37,196 nt of DNA from Chiloscyllium plagiosum (Eukaryota), in contig NC_057718.1 of NCBI RefSeq assembly GCF_004010195.1, positions 1,818,800-1,855,995 on the forward strand. Direction: 5' to 3'. Below, piece by piece: positions 1-12,055 of the stretch. How positions within the stretch are numbered: the first letter of the stretch is position 1; every line of letters starts with the position of its first letter. The position numbers were made by a program, and so were the translations under genes. The notes below the pieces were generated by a model, which was not told the DNA's origin, searched no databases, and saw nothing but the letters and a program-made list of their open reading frames with translations.

Positions 1-30
1 AGCATCAGGAGGGAGAGGGACACAGCAAGG

Positions 31-330
31 CAGGTAGCATCAGGAGGGAGAGGGACACAGCAAGGCAGGCAGTATCAGGAGGTGGAGAAGACGACGTTTC
101 GGGTGTAACCCTTCCTCAGGCCTGGGGATAGGTGTGGGTGGAGCATATGTGAGCTTTCAGGGAGTGGAATCAAGCAAGGCCAGGTAGCATCAGGAGGGAG
201 AGGGACACAGCAAGGCAGGCAGTATCAGGAGGTGGAGAAGACGACGTTTCGGGTGTAACCCTTCCTCAGGCCTGGGGATAGGTGTGGGTGGAGCATATGT
301 GAGCTTTCAGGGAGTGGAATCAAGCAAGGC
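31..330. repeat. Exact 150-bp tandem duplication (31-180 / 181-330) containing a minus-strand Penelope pLTR fragment
   Basis: Both units read caggtagcat...caagcaaggc. Each has a minus-strand hammerhead core CTGAGGA-A-GGGT-TAC-ACCC-GAAA-CGTC (93-119, 243-269). Confidence 0.85.
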
Positions 331-1555
331 CTTTGAGGAATATAAAGGAAGCAGGAAAGAAATTAAACAAGGAATTCATGGGGGGAATGGGGCTGTGAAA
401 TGTCCTTAGCCCATCGGGTAAAGGAGTAGCCATCGGCGTTTTATACACATATACGGAACAAGAGGAAAACTAGGGAATGGTCCTCTCAACTTCCGGTGAC
501 TGTCTTTGTGGAGTTTGCACATTTTCCCCGTGTCTGTGTGGGTTTCCTCCGGGTGCTCCGGTTTCCTCCCACAGTCCAAAGATGTGCAGGTCAGGTGAAT
601 TGGCCATGCTAAATTGCCCGTAGTGTTAGGTGCATTAGTCAGGGGTAAATGTAGGGGAATGGGTTTGGATGGGTTACTCTTTGGAGGGTCAGTGTGGACT
701 TGTTGGGCCGAAGGGAATCTAATGTAATCTTAAAGAAAGTCCAAAGGATGGAATTTGTGTGTGGAGCCAGAGGAAGCAGGTGAGGTCCTGAATGAATATT
801 TTGTGTTGGTGTTCACCAGAGAGAATTGAGATGAACGTATTGCCACATGTGTGCTGAGGCACAGTGAGAAGGACATGGGGGGGGTGATGGTCATATTAGG
901 ACAGGGCATGTTGATATTGTCCCAGCTGTCAATATTAAGAAGGAGGTGGCATTGGGTATATTGAAAAACATTCAGGTAGAGAAGTCTCTCGGGCCTGGTG
1001 GGATCTGTCTGGGGATACTGAGGGAGGTGAGGGAGGAGATTGCTGGGACTGGACAGAGATTTTTGTTTCCTCTTTAGCCACAGGTGAGGTCCCAGAGGAC
1101 TGGACCCTAGGCAATGTTATTCCTTTGTTTAAGAAGGGCACCTGGGATAATGCAGAAAATTATAGACCAGCGAGCTGTACATCAATGGGAGGAAAGTTAT
1201 TGAACAAGATTCTAGAGGACAGGATGTAATCGCATTTAGAGAAGAGTGGGCTTATTAGGGAGAGTGCTTGTGTAGGGGAGGTCCTGTCTCACAAATTTGA
1301 TTGAGTTTTTTGAGTGAGTGATGAAGGTGATTGATGAGGGTCCATCAGTTGACCAGGTTGGCTGGTGCACATGGGATCTTGGGTAAATTGGATACAAGAT
1401 TGGCTTGGTCACAGCAGACTGAGGGCAGCTGTGGAGGGGTGTTTTTCTGACTGGTCGTCTGTGACCTGTGGGATTCTGCAGGGATCACTCGGGGGGACCC
1501 ACGGTGTTTTTTTAAAAATTATATAAATGAATGGTTTGATGTAAATGTCCTTGGT
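331..1555 (+). mobile_element. Degenerate CR1-clade LINE ORF2 (RT) fragment, interrupted by a SINE
   Basis: Frameshifted CR1 RT motifs (GEVPEDW..GNVIPLFKKG..DN..NYRP) near 1080-1170. Confidence 0.8.
492..731 (+). mobile_element. HE1-type shark V-SINE, 5' truncated
   Basis: V-domain gtggagtttgcacattttccccgtgtctgtgtgggtttcctccgggtgctccggtttcctcccacagtccaaagatgtgcagg, followed by an aatct tail. Confidence 0.9.
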
Positions 1556-1835
1556 CTGACCTTCCTTTCCAGCTGACTCATCACCAAGCCACTTCCCTGA
1601 AATATAATTGGCTCCATTAAGTGATCAGAGAATCCAGTGGTGGGAGAGGGGAGCTGGACCCAGGGAGGACCATGACCCTTCAGTTAGGGAAAGGTTTGAA
1701 AAGAGAGAGAGTTGAATCACTCAGAAACTCACACTGCGAGTACAACATTGTAACATTGGCCTGTGCTGGCACCTCCTGGCTGTGTTTGGAATTGTAATAT
1801 TGAGCACTGTTCAAACTGAGTTGCTGGAACTAGAA

Positions 1836-2175
1836 TCTTTTTTAGAATGAGATTCCCTACAGTGTGGAAACAGGCCCTTCGGCCCAACAAGTCCACACCG
1901 ACCCTCCGGACAGCAGCCCACCCTACCTTATGTTTACCGCTGACTAATGCCCCTCCCTGAACCTTTCTGAACACTATGAGCAATTTAGCCTGGCCAATTC
2001 ACCTACCCTGCACATCTTTGGACTGTAGGAGGAAACCAGAGCACCCAGAGGAAACCCACGCAGACACGGGGAGAACGTGCAAACTCCACACAGTCAGTTG
2101 CCGGAGGCTGGAATCGAACCCAGGTCCCTGGCGCTGTGAGGCAGCAGTGCTAACCACTGTGCCACCGTGCCACCC
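1836..2175 (-). mobile_element. HE1-type tRNA-derived V-SINE, full length
   Basis: Minus strand starts ggtggcacggtggcacagtggttagcactgctgcctcacagcgccagggacctgggttcgattcc (A/B boxes), then the V-domain and a LINE-derived tail. Confidence 0.9.
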
Positions 2176-2179
2176 CACT

Positions 2180-3050
2180 GGCATCACAGCATGGCTCAGT
2201 CTGTACCAGGGGAGTGTTTCTGTACATAACGTCTACAATGAGGGGGTGCCTGCCCACTACCTCCTTACCCTCAGAGATGGTGAAGTTATCTCCTCACAGC
2301 AGGATACCCAGACCAGAGGAATGGCTGTCATTTCACGCCCCCTCCACCAACCAAATGGAAGGCCCATGGGTCTATCAGCTTGACCATCTCCCACAGCTGC
2401 CGAGTGCAGTATCCCACACCCCTGCACAGACAGCAGGGCTGCTTTAACATTAACATCCATTTTAAAGGTTTATAGAATTACCCAAACTCCATTCATTCAT
2501 GGTCTGGTCACTGGAGAGCTCCCTCATCCCTGTGGTGTGGGTGAAATGTTGGATACTCTCCGCACTGAGGTAGCCCCCTGTTCCTCCCTGGGGCAGGGGG
2601 ATTTCCCTGCTCCGATGAAGTTGGGGTGAGAATGGAACCAGCAGAGCCCAGTGCTGAGTCTGACAGAGGGACTGGCAGCACGTCGCTGTTCCCAGTTACC
2701 CAACGCTGTGATGGGGTGGGTACGCTGTGGTTCCCGATGGCTTCACTGAGCCCCTCGGGTTGGGGGGCTGCTCCTTTCCTTCTCCCCGCAGTCGGACTCT
2801 CTCTCGATGTTAGTTGCTGGCCATCTCCCTGCACATCTCGATTGTCAGAGGAGCTGCTGCTGTATCTGTCCTGCAGCTGCCTCTTTGCTGTTTCACTGTC
2901 AGCTTTTCCTGGTTGTTTCTCACTGTCCCACCTCTAACTCTCTCCTCCTCCACTGCCTCAGCCTGTCCAACTTATTGTGCCTCTGCACTGGCTGCCTGTC
3001 CCCCCCACACCCCCACCCCCGCCCCGTCCATTGCCTGTGGTAGCTGCATC
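2180..3050 (-). mobile_element. Decayed Tx1/L1-clade LINE: ORF1 tail and start of ORF2 AP endonuclease
   Basis: Minus-strand frameshifted motifs NVKAALLSVQGCGI, HGPSIW, SSGLGILL, KEVVG...IVDVMYRNTPL are typical of the Tx1 endonuclease. Confidence 0.7.
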
Positions 3051-3056
3051 CTTTAT

Positions 3057-3268
3057 GATAAGGTTAAAAATCAGAAAACATCACCTTATAGTCCAACAGG
3101 TTTATTCGGAGGCACGAGCTTTCGAAACGCTGCTTCTTCATCAGGTGGTTGTGCGCTGAAATGAAGCACTTCGAAAGCTAGTGCCACTGAATAAACCTTT
3201 TGGACTATAACCTGGTGTTATACAATTTTTAGCTTTGTCCACCCCAGTCCAACACCAACATCTCCGAA
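3057..3268. mobile_element. Penelope-like family B inverted pLTR pair (hairpin element)
   Basis: ttatagtccaacaggtttatt... is inverted against ...aataaacctttggactataa. The same sequence begins the element at 11447. Confidence 0.75.
3113..3147 (-). ncRNA. Minimal type I hammerhead ribozyme motif (PLE-associated)
   Basis: Minus strand reads CAC-CTGATGA-A-GAAGC-AGC-GTTTC-GAAA-GCTC-GTG: conserved core, paired stem II, palindromic AGCT stem III and a CAC/GTG stem I. Confidence 0.65.
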
Positions 3269-3269
3269 T

Positions 3270-3400
3270 CAGAAATAATAAGAGACACAGCACTGATCCC
3301 TGTGGTACACCACTGGACACTAGCCTCCAATCACACAAACAGCCTTCTACCACCACCCTCTGTCTCCTACCACTAAAGTTGATTTGGATGCAACTTGGCA
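3270..3400 (-). mobile_element. CR1 RT fragment
   Basis: ORF track RRQRVVVEGCLCDWRLVSSGVPQGSVL. Confidence 0.85.
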
Positions 3401-3579
3401 AGTCAATAATGCGTCCTACCTGTTCCCTGGTTATGCTGTTGAGCTGGAGACACTTGTAGAATATCTAGAGATTCTCCCGAATCTTGCCTACCAGTAGGTT
3501 TCCATGCCCCTGTGTTAGTCAGCCCCCTCCAACTGATGAATTTCCTCCTTATTGCAGTCTTATCTGGCCTGTCCCAGAT

Positions 3580-4880
3580 CCTGTCATTATTTGCCTTGAC
3601 TGTGGAATAGACAGCGAGGGAAGCGTCCTGTTAATTTCCAACTTGTCAGATGTTTTCTGAATTTTCTAAATTTCACTGTGACCCATCTCTCATTCTTTGA
3701 ATCTCCAGAGAACACAGGCCGAGTTTCCTCATCAGGCAATCTCACCATCTGAGGGATTAATCTGGAGAATGTCCATTGCACTTCCTCTGTGGTCAGTACA
3801 TTCTTTCTGAGATTTGGTCACCAAACCTATACACAATACTCCAGGTACATTCCCACCAACACGCAGTGAAACTGCTTCAACATGTCTATACATCAATGTT
3901 CTGACTCTCTTAAATGAAGGTGAACCACACTTTAAGTTTCCACTTACATATATTCTTCCAAATACCGTTCACATTCATTGCATTTACGAACTCACTGAGA
4001 TCTTATAGAAACCCTTCCGAAAATCCAATATAATCCACTTCTACTGGTTCCCCATTAACTATGCTGTAAGAAACAACTTCAAACAATTCCGAAGTTTATC
4101 AAGTATGATTTCTCTGTCAGAAATGCATGCTGATTCTCTCAATTGTTGCTGTTAATTTTTAAATATCAAAAATGTCAACCTGTGCAATAGATTCTAAGTT
4201 TCCCTCCAGATGTCAAGTTAATTGATCTGCAGTTCTCCACACTATGTATTTTATTCCCTTTGTAGCTGTTTGGATCCCTTCCATTCATCGATAGAGCTTG
4301 GATCACGTTTATCCCCAATAGTTTCCGGTCTCTGCAGAATGTGCAGGAAACTAAAACACAGTCATCGACTATGCAATTAATACTTCTATTGGTGATTTAT
4401 TTCTGACATTTTGATTTCATCTGTTTCGTCAGACTTATTAATGCTCAATCCAGCTCCATGTTCAAGCACTACCTTGTTACTGATATGAATTGACTTTATG
4501 TCTTTAGCTCCAGAAGGCCGATATGATCACTTGGTATTACTGGGGGATTTTCTGGATCTTCCTCCATGAAGACAGATGCAACGTAACTGGGTGTTTTCTT
4601 GGCCATTGCCCTGTTCTCCACAATGACCTCTCCTCTCCCGATTACAAATTTCCATATTTGACCTTGCTTTTATTTTGTTTCCTTTGAAATATAGATGGTA
4701 GACTGATGCAGTCTTTGTGTTCCTGTTTGTTAGCATGTCTGTTCCTTTTTGATTTCCTTATCAGTTTCATGGCCCTCCTTTTCTGGATCGTCCATTTCTG
4801 AGAATTCTCAGGTTTCCACAATAGCTGGAATTCTTCTGAAGCCACTTCCTATGATTAATATATTTTCTAATTTGTTATGT
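3580..4880 (-). mobile_element. Old, heavily decayed CR1-like LINE fragments
   Basis: Scattered minus-strand remnants resembling CR1 RT and 3' coding sequence (e.g. cagcatgcatttctg, atcatacttgataaacttc, gtacctggagtattgtgtatagg). Confidence 0.45.
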
Positions 4881-4959
4881 TAAACATCATTGAGTCACTT
4901 TCTCACTCTTTCGTGTTTATAACTGAAATAAATAGACGTATTTTTCAGACTTTGCAGTA

Positions 4960-5560
4960 TTTCTAAGAACCCCTGGTCCTGACCAGATACATTCAAGAGC
5001 ATTGCAGGAGTAACGGAGGACAGAGAAGAAATTGCGGGAGCCCTGGTTGGTTCTTTTCCATCATTGCTGGCCAACACGTGAAGTCCTGGACGACTGGAGG
5101 GTAGCATATGCTGAGCCCATATTCAAGAAAGGCTACAAAGATAAACCTGGGAACTAAAGATCAGTANNNNNNNNNNNNNNNNNNNNNNNNNNNNNNNNNN
5201 NNNNNNNNNNNNNNNNNNNNNNNNNNNNNNNNNNNNNNNNNNNNNNNNNNNNNNNNNNNNNNNNNNNNNNNNNNNNNNNNNNNNNNNNNNNNNNNNNNNN
5301 NNNNNNNNNNNNNNNNNNNNNNNNNNNNNNNNNNNNNNNNNNNNNNNNNNNNNNNNNNNNNNNNNNNNNNNNNNNNNNNNNNNNNNNNNNNNNNNNNNNN
5401 CAATATTTAAGAGGCATTTGGATGGGTATATGAATAGGAAGGGTTTGGAGGGATATGGGCCGGGTGCTGGCAGGTGGGACTAGATTGGGTTGGGATATCT
5501 GGTCGGCATGAACGGGTTGGACCGAAGGGTCTGGTCCATGCTGTACATCTCTATGACTCT
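4960..5560 (+). mobile_element. 5'-truncated CR1 LINE spanning an assembly gap
   Basis: PGPDQIH / DDWRVA..PIFKKG.KDKPGN motifs before the gap. After the gap is a CR1 3' UTR ending ctgtacatctctatgactct. Confidence 0.8.
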
Positions 5561-6049
5561 CTCCCTCCTCTCTGGCCTTCCCCTCCCTTCAGGTTTCCTG
5601 TTCCTTTCGGGGTCCATATTGCCCCTTCCTGCCAGCTGAATGTAAGTGGCCCCCCTCCCGTCCTGGTCTTGGACAGGCCTGGTGATGGTGCCCTGCTTCC
5701 CCACACAGGCTGCAGCTCTTGGACTCCCCCAGTCTTTAGTCCGGTGGCCTGCCTGGTCACAGGTCCTGCAGGGGGTCACCCTACAATCTGCTGCCCTGAG
5801 CACTGCCCTCCCACGGGGTTGGTATCCTCATGGCTGTCCTGTGTACATCAGGTGGCCTCGGCTCCCTCTGATCACAAAGCTGGAGGCTGGTTGGAGGATG
5901 TCCCCACTGGCATCCACCCTCAGGCTCAGATTCCAAAAGGGCCCACTACATTGGTGCTGCCCCCTTCAGGCTGCACATACCTTCCCAGGACAGTCAGGGC
6001 CTCTGCTGCTCCAGTGTAGGGGTTGTAACAACTCAGCTCCTCTGGGCAG

Positions 6050-6375
6050 GGAGAACATAGACCATTACAGTGCAGTACAGGCCCTTCAGCCCTCGATGTT
6101 GCGCCGCCCTGTCATACTAACCTGAAGCCCATCCCACCTACACTATTCCATGTGCGTCCATATGCCTGTCCAATGACAACTTACATGCACTTAAAGTTGG
6201 CGAATCTACTTTCCAGGCAAAGCATTCCATGCCCCTACTACTCTCTGAGTAAAGAAACTACCTCTGACATCTGTCCTATATCTATCATCCCTCACATTAA
6301 AGTTGTGTCCCCTCGTGTTTGTCTTGGAAAAGCCTCTCCCTGTCCACCCTATCTAACCCTCTGATTAGTTAGTAT
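6050..6375 (-). mobile_element. CR1 3' end fragment
   Basis: Reverse complement of the CR1 3' tail (gaacatag...gcagtacaggcccttcagccctcgatgttg), matching the tail at 11380-11430. Confidence 0.8.
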
Positions 6376-6464
6376 GTACACAATGGAACCGCAGATAGGA
6401 GGGAGAGGGGACCCTCACCTCAGATACTTTCAGGAGATGCTAGTGTTGCTTCACTCTCCTGAAG

Positions 6465-6625
6465 CTGAAAGTGTGTTGCTGGAAAAGTGCAGCAGGTCAG
6501 GCAGCATCCAAGGAACAGGAGAATCGACGTTTCTTCAGGCATGAGCCCTTCTTCAGGAACGCTGCAACCTTTCCAGCAACACATTTTCAGCTCTGATCTC
6601 CAGCATCTGCAGACCTCACTTTCTC
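6465..6625. mobile_element. Penelope family A inverted-pLTR hairpin element with 16-bp TSD
   Basis: Inverted arms. TSD cttcactctcctgaag at 6449-6464 and 6626-6641. Confidence 0.85.
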
Positions 6626-6909
6626 CTTCACTCTCCTGAAGGTCACATTGAAATAGCCCCCTCTTGGGAAACTCCGCAGACAGAAAATATCTGCTGCTTG
6701 GAGCCCACAGCAACCCAGGAGGACTCTTGTCATGAAGATCATCCAGTCAACTGGTGATCCTTCCTCCACAGTCTTCCCCATCCCCCTGACTGTGTTACAG
6801 ACCCCCCCCCGGCCTGGGGCACTGCTGCTTGCTTAGGCCATTGCACCAGGTTGGATTTTCCCCAAAGTGGCATTCAGCCGAAGCCAGCTGAAGATTCACC
6901 TCCTTGGAC

Positions 6910-7230
6910 TCCTCCATCGCCCGACCATGGCAACACGACGGCTGGAGGAAGAGCGCCTCATCTTCTGCCTAGGAACCCTCCAACCACAAGGGATGAACTC
7001 AGATTTCTCCAGCTTCCTCATTTCCCCTCCCCCCACCTTCCCCTCCTCCAAGTCCCTCCTCACTACCTTTTATCTTAGCCTGCTGGACACACTTTCCTCA
7101 TTCCTGAAGAAGGGCTTATGCCCAAAACGTCGATTCTCCTGCTCCTCGGATGCTGCCTGACCTGCTGTGTTTTTCCAGCACCACACTCTTGACTCTGATC
7201 TCCAGCATCTGCAGTCCCCACTTTATCCTA
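6910..7230 (+). mobile_element. Penelope-like element 3' fragment (GIY-YIG C-terminus + pLTR)
   Basis: RRLEEERLIFCLGTLQPQGMNSDFSSF followed by a pLTR with a mutated hammerhead. Confidence 0.85.
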
Positions 7231-7429
7231 AAAGATCCACCAATAGCAGGTCAGCTCAACCAAAGGTCCCCTCCAAGGTCCAATCACAATCTCAATCTTG
7301 AATAGCTCTGATGACCCACAACTCAATGCTGGTCCAGTCTCTGTGACCAAGGGCCAGGTAGGCCCACTCCCAGAATGCAAACAAGCAATCTCTCAGAGCC
7401 CTCTGATTGGATGATCTTCCTCCTGCTTA

Positions 7430-7578
7430 TCATAGAAACAGGCCTTTTGGTCCAACGAGTCCACACCAACTCTCTAAAGAGCATCCTTCCCAGACTCACT
7501 CCCTACCCTATAACCCCACATTTGCCTTGGCTAATCCATCTGACCTACACATCCTTGGGCAATTTCCCAAGGCCAATC
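7430..7578 (-). mobile_element. HE1-like SINE 3' part; appears to resume at 11431-11449 after nested insertions
   Basis: aaacaggccttttggtccaacgagtccacacc...ggccaatc, then cctgcacatctttggac after the CR1. Confidence 0.7.
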
Positions 7579-7629
7579 TGACCATCAAATTATTTTATGA
7601 ATAAAGTATATTTTTGAAATAAAAAAAAA
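7579..7629 (+). mobile_element. Extremely 5'-truncated poly(A) retroposon tail (L1/Tx1-like) with 15-bp TSD
   Basis: atgaataaagtatatttttgaaat plus an A-run, flanked by ttcccaaggccaatc at 7564-7578 and 7630-7644. Confidence 0.75.
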
Positions 7630-7649
7630 TTCCCAAGGCCAATCGTCCT

Positions 7650-8280
7650 TCCCCTCAACAATAGACTGTTTTGGATACTGTTGGGGGGGACGACTTACCG
7701 GGGTCAGCAGTGGGGCACAAGGCTCTGGTACAGAGTCTGTCCGTGCTGCTCAGAAGAGAAGGGGGAAGAGGAGCAGAGCAGTAATCACTGGGGACTCTAT
7801 AGTTAGGGGGACAGATAGAAGGTTCTGTGGGGACGAGAGAGACTCACGGTTGGTGCGTTGCCTCCCAGGTGCCAGGGTTCGTGATGTCTCGGATCGTGTT
7901 TTTGGGATCCTTAAGGGGGAGGGGGAGCAGCCCCAAGTTGTGGTCCACCTCAGCACCAACGCCATAGGTTGGAAGAGAGGTGGGGACTTCAGGCAGATAT
8001 TCAGGGAGCTAGGGTGGAAGCTTAGAGCTAGGACAAACAGAGTTGTTATCTCTGGTTTGTTACCTGTGCCACGTGCTAGCGAGGCGAGGAATAGGGAGAG
8101 AGAGGAGTTGAACACGTGGCTACAGGGATGGTGCAGGAGGGCAGGTTTGGGATTCCTGGATATTTGGGGCTCATTCTGAGGAAAGTGGGACCTCTACAAA
8201 CAGAATGGTCTTCACCTGAACCAGAGTCGTACCAATATCTTGGGGGGGGGGGAAATTTGCTAATGCTCTTTGGGAGGGTT
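7650..8280 (+). pseudogene. CR1 ORF1 SGNH/esterase-like domain (disrupted)
   Basis: AVITGDSIVRG, CLPGARVRDV, VVVHLSTN, VVISGLLPVP and GLHLN motifs. Confidence 0.85.
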
Positions 8281-10191
8281 TAAACTTATTCAGCAGGGGG
8301 ATGGGAACCTGAATTGTAGTTCCAGTGTCCAGGAGGTTGAGAGCAGTGAGGTCAGAACTAAGCTTTCAAGACCGCAAGAGTGCACTGGCAAGCAAGATGG
8401 TGGTTTGAAGTGTGTCTACTTCAACACCAGGAGCATCCAGAATAAGGTGGGTGAACTTGCGGCATGGGTTGGTACCTGGGACTTCGATGTTGTGGCCATT
8501 TCGGAGACATGGATAGAGGAGGGACAGGAATGGTTGTTGCAGGTTCCGGGATTTAGATGTTTCAGTAAGAACAGAGAAAATGGTAAAAGAGGGGGAGGTG
8601 TGGCACTGTTAGTCAAGGACAGTATTACTGTGGCAGGAAGGACATTTGAGGACTCGTCCACTGAGGTAGTATGGACTGAGGTTAGAAACAGGAAACGAGA
8701 AGTCACCCTGTTGGGAGTTTTCTATCAGCTCCGAATTGTTCCAGGGACGTAGAGGAAAGGTTAGCAATGACGATTCTCAATGGGAGTGAGAGTAACAGGG
8801 AAGTTTTTATGGGGGACTTTAACTTTCCTGGAAATGCTATAGTTTGAGTACTTTTTGTCCAAGTGTGCAGGATGGTTTCTTGACAGTATGCAGATGGGCC
8901 GACTAGGGGCAAGGCCACATTGGATTTGGTACTGGGTAATGAACCCGGCCAGGTGTTAGATTTGGAAGTAGGTGGGCACTTTGGTGATAGTGACCACAAT
9001 TCGGTTATGTTTACTGTAGCGATGGAAAGGGATATACCGCAGGGCAAGGGTTATTGCTGGGGGAAAGGCAATTATGATGCAATTAGGCAAGATTTAGGAT
9101 GCATAGGATGGGGAAGGAAACTGCAGGGGATGGGCACAATTGAAATGTGGAGCATATTCAAGGAACAACTACTGCATGTCCTTGATTAGTATGTACCTGT
9201 CAGGCAGGATGGAAGTGGTCGAGTGAGGGAGCCGTGGTTTACGAAGGAAGTTGAATCTCTTGTCAAGACGAAGAAGAGGATAATGTTAGGGTGAGATGTG
9301 AAGACTCACATCGGGCATTTGAGAGTTACAAGTTAGCCAGGAAAGGTCTAAAGAGAGAGCTAAGAAGAGCCAGGAGGGAGCCAAGAGAAGTCATTGGCGG
9401 ATAGAATCAAGGAAAATCCTAAAGCTTTCTATAAGTATGTCAGGAATAAAAGAATAACTAGAGTAAGATTAGGGCCAATCAAGGCTGGTAGTAGGAAGTT
9501 GTGTGTGGAGTCAGAAGAGATGGGGAAGCGCTAAATGAATATTTTTCATCAGTATTCACACTGGAAAAAGCCAATGCTGTCGAGGAGAATACTGAGATAC
9601 AGGCTATTAGACTAGACGGGATTGAGGTTCATAAGGAGGAGGTGTGAGCAATTCTGGAAAATGTGAAAATAGGTAATTCCCCTGGGCCAGATGGGATTTA
9701 TCCTTGGATTCTCTGGGAAGCCAGGGAGGAGATTGCCGAGCCTTTGGCTTTGATCTTTATGTTGCCATTGTCGACAGGAATAGTGCCAGAAGACTGGAAG
9801 ATAGCAAATGCTGTTCCTTTGTTCAAGAAGGGGAGTAGAGACAACGATGTGGTGTATATGGATTTCAGTAAGGCATTTGATAAGGTTCCCCATGGTAGGC
9901 TATTGCACAAAATACAGAGGCATGGGATTGAGGGTGATTTAGTGATTTGGATCAGAAATTGGCAAGCTGAAAGAAGACAGAGGGTGATGGTTGATGGGAA
10001 ATGTTCATCCTGGAGTTCAGTTGCTAGTGGGGTACCGCAAGGATCTGTTTTGGGTCCACTGCTGTTTGTCATTTTTATAAATGACCTGGATGAGGGCATA
10101 GAAGGATGGGTTAGTAAATTTGTGGATGATACTAAAGTTGGTGGAGTTGTAAATAGTGCAGAAGGATGTTATAGGTTATAGAGGGACATAG

Positions 10192-10422
10192 TTGAGAGTG
10201 TGTTGCTGGAAAAGCACAGCAAGTCAGGCAGCATCCAAGGAGCAGGAGAATCGACATTTTGGGCCGGAGCCCTTCGTCAGGAATGAAGTTGTTCATTCCT
10301 GATGAAGGGCTCCTGTCTGAAACGTCGATTCTCCTGCTCCTCGGATGCTGCCTGATCTGCTGTGCTTTTCCAGCAACACACTCTCAACTCTGATCTCGAG
10401 TACCTGCTTCCTCACTGTCTCC
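10192..10422. mobile_element. Penelope family A inverted-pLTR hairpin element
   Basis: Long inverted arms. TSD tatagagggacatag (10177-10191) / tacagaggtacatag (10423-10437). Confidence 0.85.
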
Positions 10423-11097
10423 TACAGAGGTACATAGATAAGCTGCAGAGCTGGGCTGAGAGGTGGCAAATGGAGTTTAATGTGGAAAAGTGTGAGGTGA
10501 TTCACTTTGGAAGGAGTAACAGGAATGCAAAGTATTGAGCTAATGGTAAGATTCTTGGTAGTGTGGTTGAGCAGAGAGATCTCGGTGTCCAGGTACATAG
10601 ATCCCTGAAATTTGCCACCCAGGTTGATAGGGTTGTTACAAAGGCATACAGTGTGTTAGCTGTTATTGGTAGAGGGATTGAGTTCTGGAACCATGAGATC
10701 ATATGGTGCGGCTGCACTTGGAGTATTGTGTACAGTTCTGGTCACTACATTACAGGAAGGATGTGGAAGCTTTGGAAAGGGTCCAGAGGAGATTTACCAT
10801 GATGTTGCCTGGTATGGAAGGTAGGTCTTACAAGGAAAGGGACTTGAGGCTGTTTTCATTAGAGAGTAGAAGGTTGAGACGCAACTTAATTGAGACATCT
10901 AAGTTTATCAGAGGGTTAGATAGGGTGGACAGTGAGAGCCTTTTTCCTCAGATGGTGATGACTAGTACAAGGGGACATAGCTTTAAATTGAGGGGTGATA
11001 GATACAGGACAGATGCCAGAGGTAGTTTTTTTACTTAGAGAGTAGTAAGGGTATGGAATGCACTGCCTGTAACAGGAGTAGACTCTCTGAATTTAAG

Positions 11098-11285
11098 CTG
11101 AAAAATGTGTTGCTGGAAAAGCAGCAACACATTTGGTTTCGGGTATAGGTTTCTTCGGTTCCTGAAGAAGGGCTCCTGTCTGAAACCTCGATTCTCCTGC
11201 TCCTTGGATGCTGCCTGACCTGCTGTGCTTTTCCAGCACCACACTCTCGACTCTGATCTCCAGCATCTGCAGTCCTCACTTTCTG
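11098..11285. mobile_element. Penelope family A inverted-pLTR hairpin element
   Basis: TSD ctctctgaatttaag (11083-11097) / ctctctaaatttaag (11286-11300). Confidence 0.85.
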
Positions 11286-11446
11286 CTCTCTAAATTTAAG
11301 GGCATTTAAATGGCCATTGGATAAACATATGGATGAGAAAGGAATAGATGGGCTTCAGATTGGTTCCACAGGTCGGCGCAACATCGAGGGCTGAAGGGCC
11401 TGTACTGCGCTGGAATGTTCTATGTTCTATAGCCTGCACATCTTTG

Positions 11447-12055
11447 GACAAAGTTAAAAATCACACAACACCAGGTTATAGTCCAACAGGTTTATTTGGA
11501 AGCACTAGCTTTCAGAGCACCACCCTTCCATCAGGTGGTTGTGGAGAATGAGATCGTAAGGCACAGAATTTATAGCAAAAGATTACAGTGTCAAACAACT
11601 GAAACGATATATTGAACAAACCTGGATTATTGTTAAGTCTTTAACTGTATAGAATGGGTTGCAGGTTTCGGTTCATTAATATGTAAATTGCAGAACTACT
11701 TTTAAGTCGCATTCTCGAGATAACAAGGTTTTATAAAAAAAGGTGACACCTCAGCTCAGACAATGCATTAAAGGTGTGAGGTTCGAGTCTGTCTGTATCC
11801 CAATCATGAGTCAGACTGGGTCAATTCCAAAGTGGAATTTACAAAATATTACATGCAGATTGGGCACTTTTTGAGCAAAATAGAACTGTCTCTGCCTCCC
11901 TCTCTCTCACATGCACACACATATACATACATGTAAGTCTATAGGGTGAATTTATATTTGCAGAATTATATTTGCAGATACATTCTATTTTGCTCAAAAT
12001 ATGCCCAATCTGCAGACAGTCAATCCATGTCATATTTTGTAAATACCACTTTTGA
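11447..12055 (-). mobile_element. Penelope-like family B 3' region
   Basis: Starts with the same pLTR as 3057 (aaagttaaaaatcacacaacaccaggttatagtccaacagg) and has a degenerate hammerhead. The internal extent is approximate. Confidence 0.65.

Larger units (their letters stand above)
5565..6845 (-). mobile_element. Decayed Tx1-clade LINE ORF1 (ZCCHC3-like, zinc knuckles), interrupted by younger insertions
   Basis: RVLLGCCGLQAADIFCLRSFPRGGYFNVTFR, ASSFVIRGSRGHLMYTGQP, and the CCHC remnant CRTCDQAGHRTKD. Confidence 0.8.
8400..11340 (+). pseudogene. CR1 ORF2 AP endonuclease + reverse transcriptase (disrupted)
   Basis: YFNTRSIQNK, DVVAISETW, GDFNFP, GDSDHN, YMDFSKAFDKVPH, SGVPQGSVLGP, FVDDTK and HLEYCVQFWS. 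Confidence 0.92.
7645..11430 (+). mobile_element. Near full-length, inactivated CR1-clade LINE (ORF1 esterase + APE-RT ORF2)
   Basis: ORF1, endonuclease and RT motifs are in order, and the 3' tail is gttctatgttctat. It carries stops, frameshifts, an internal deletion near 9845 and two Penelope hairpin insertions. Confidence 0.95.
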
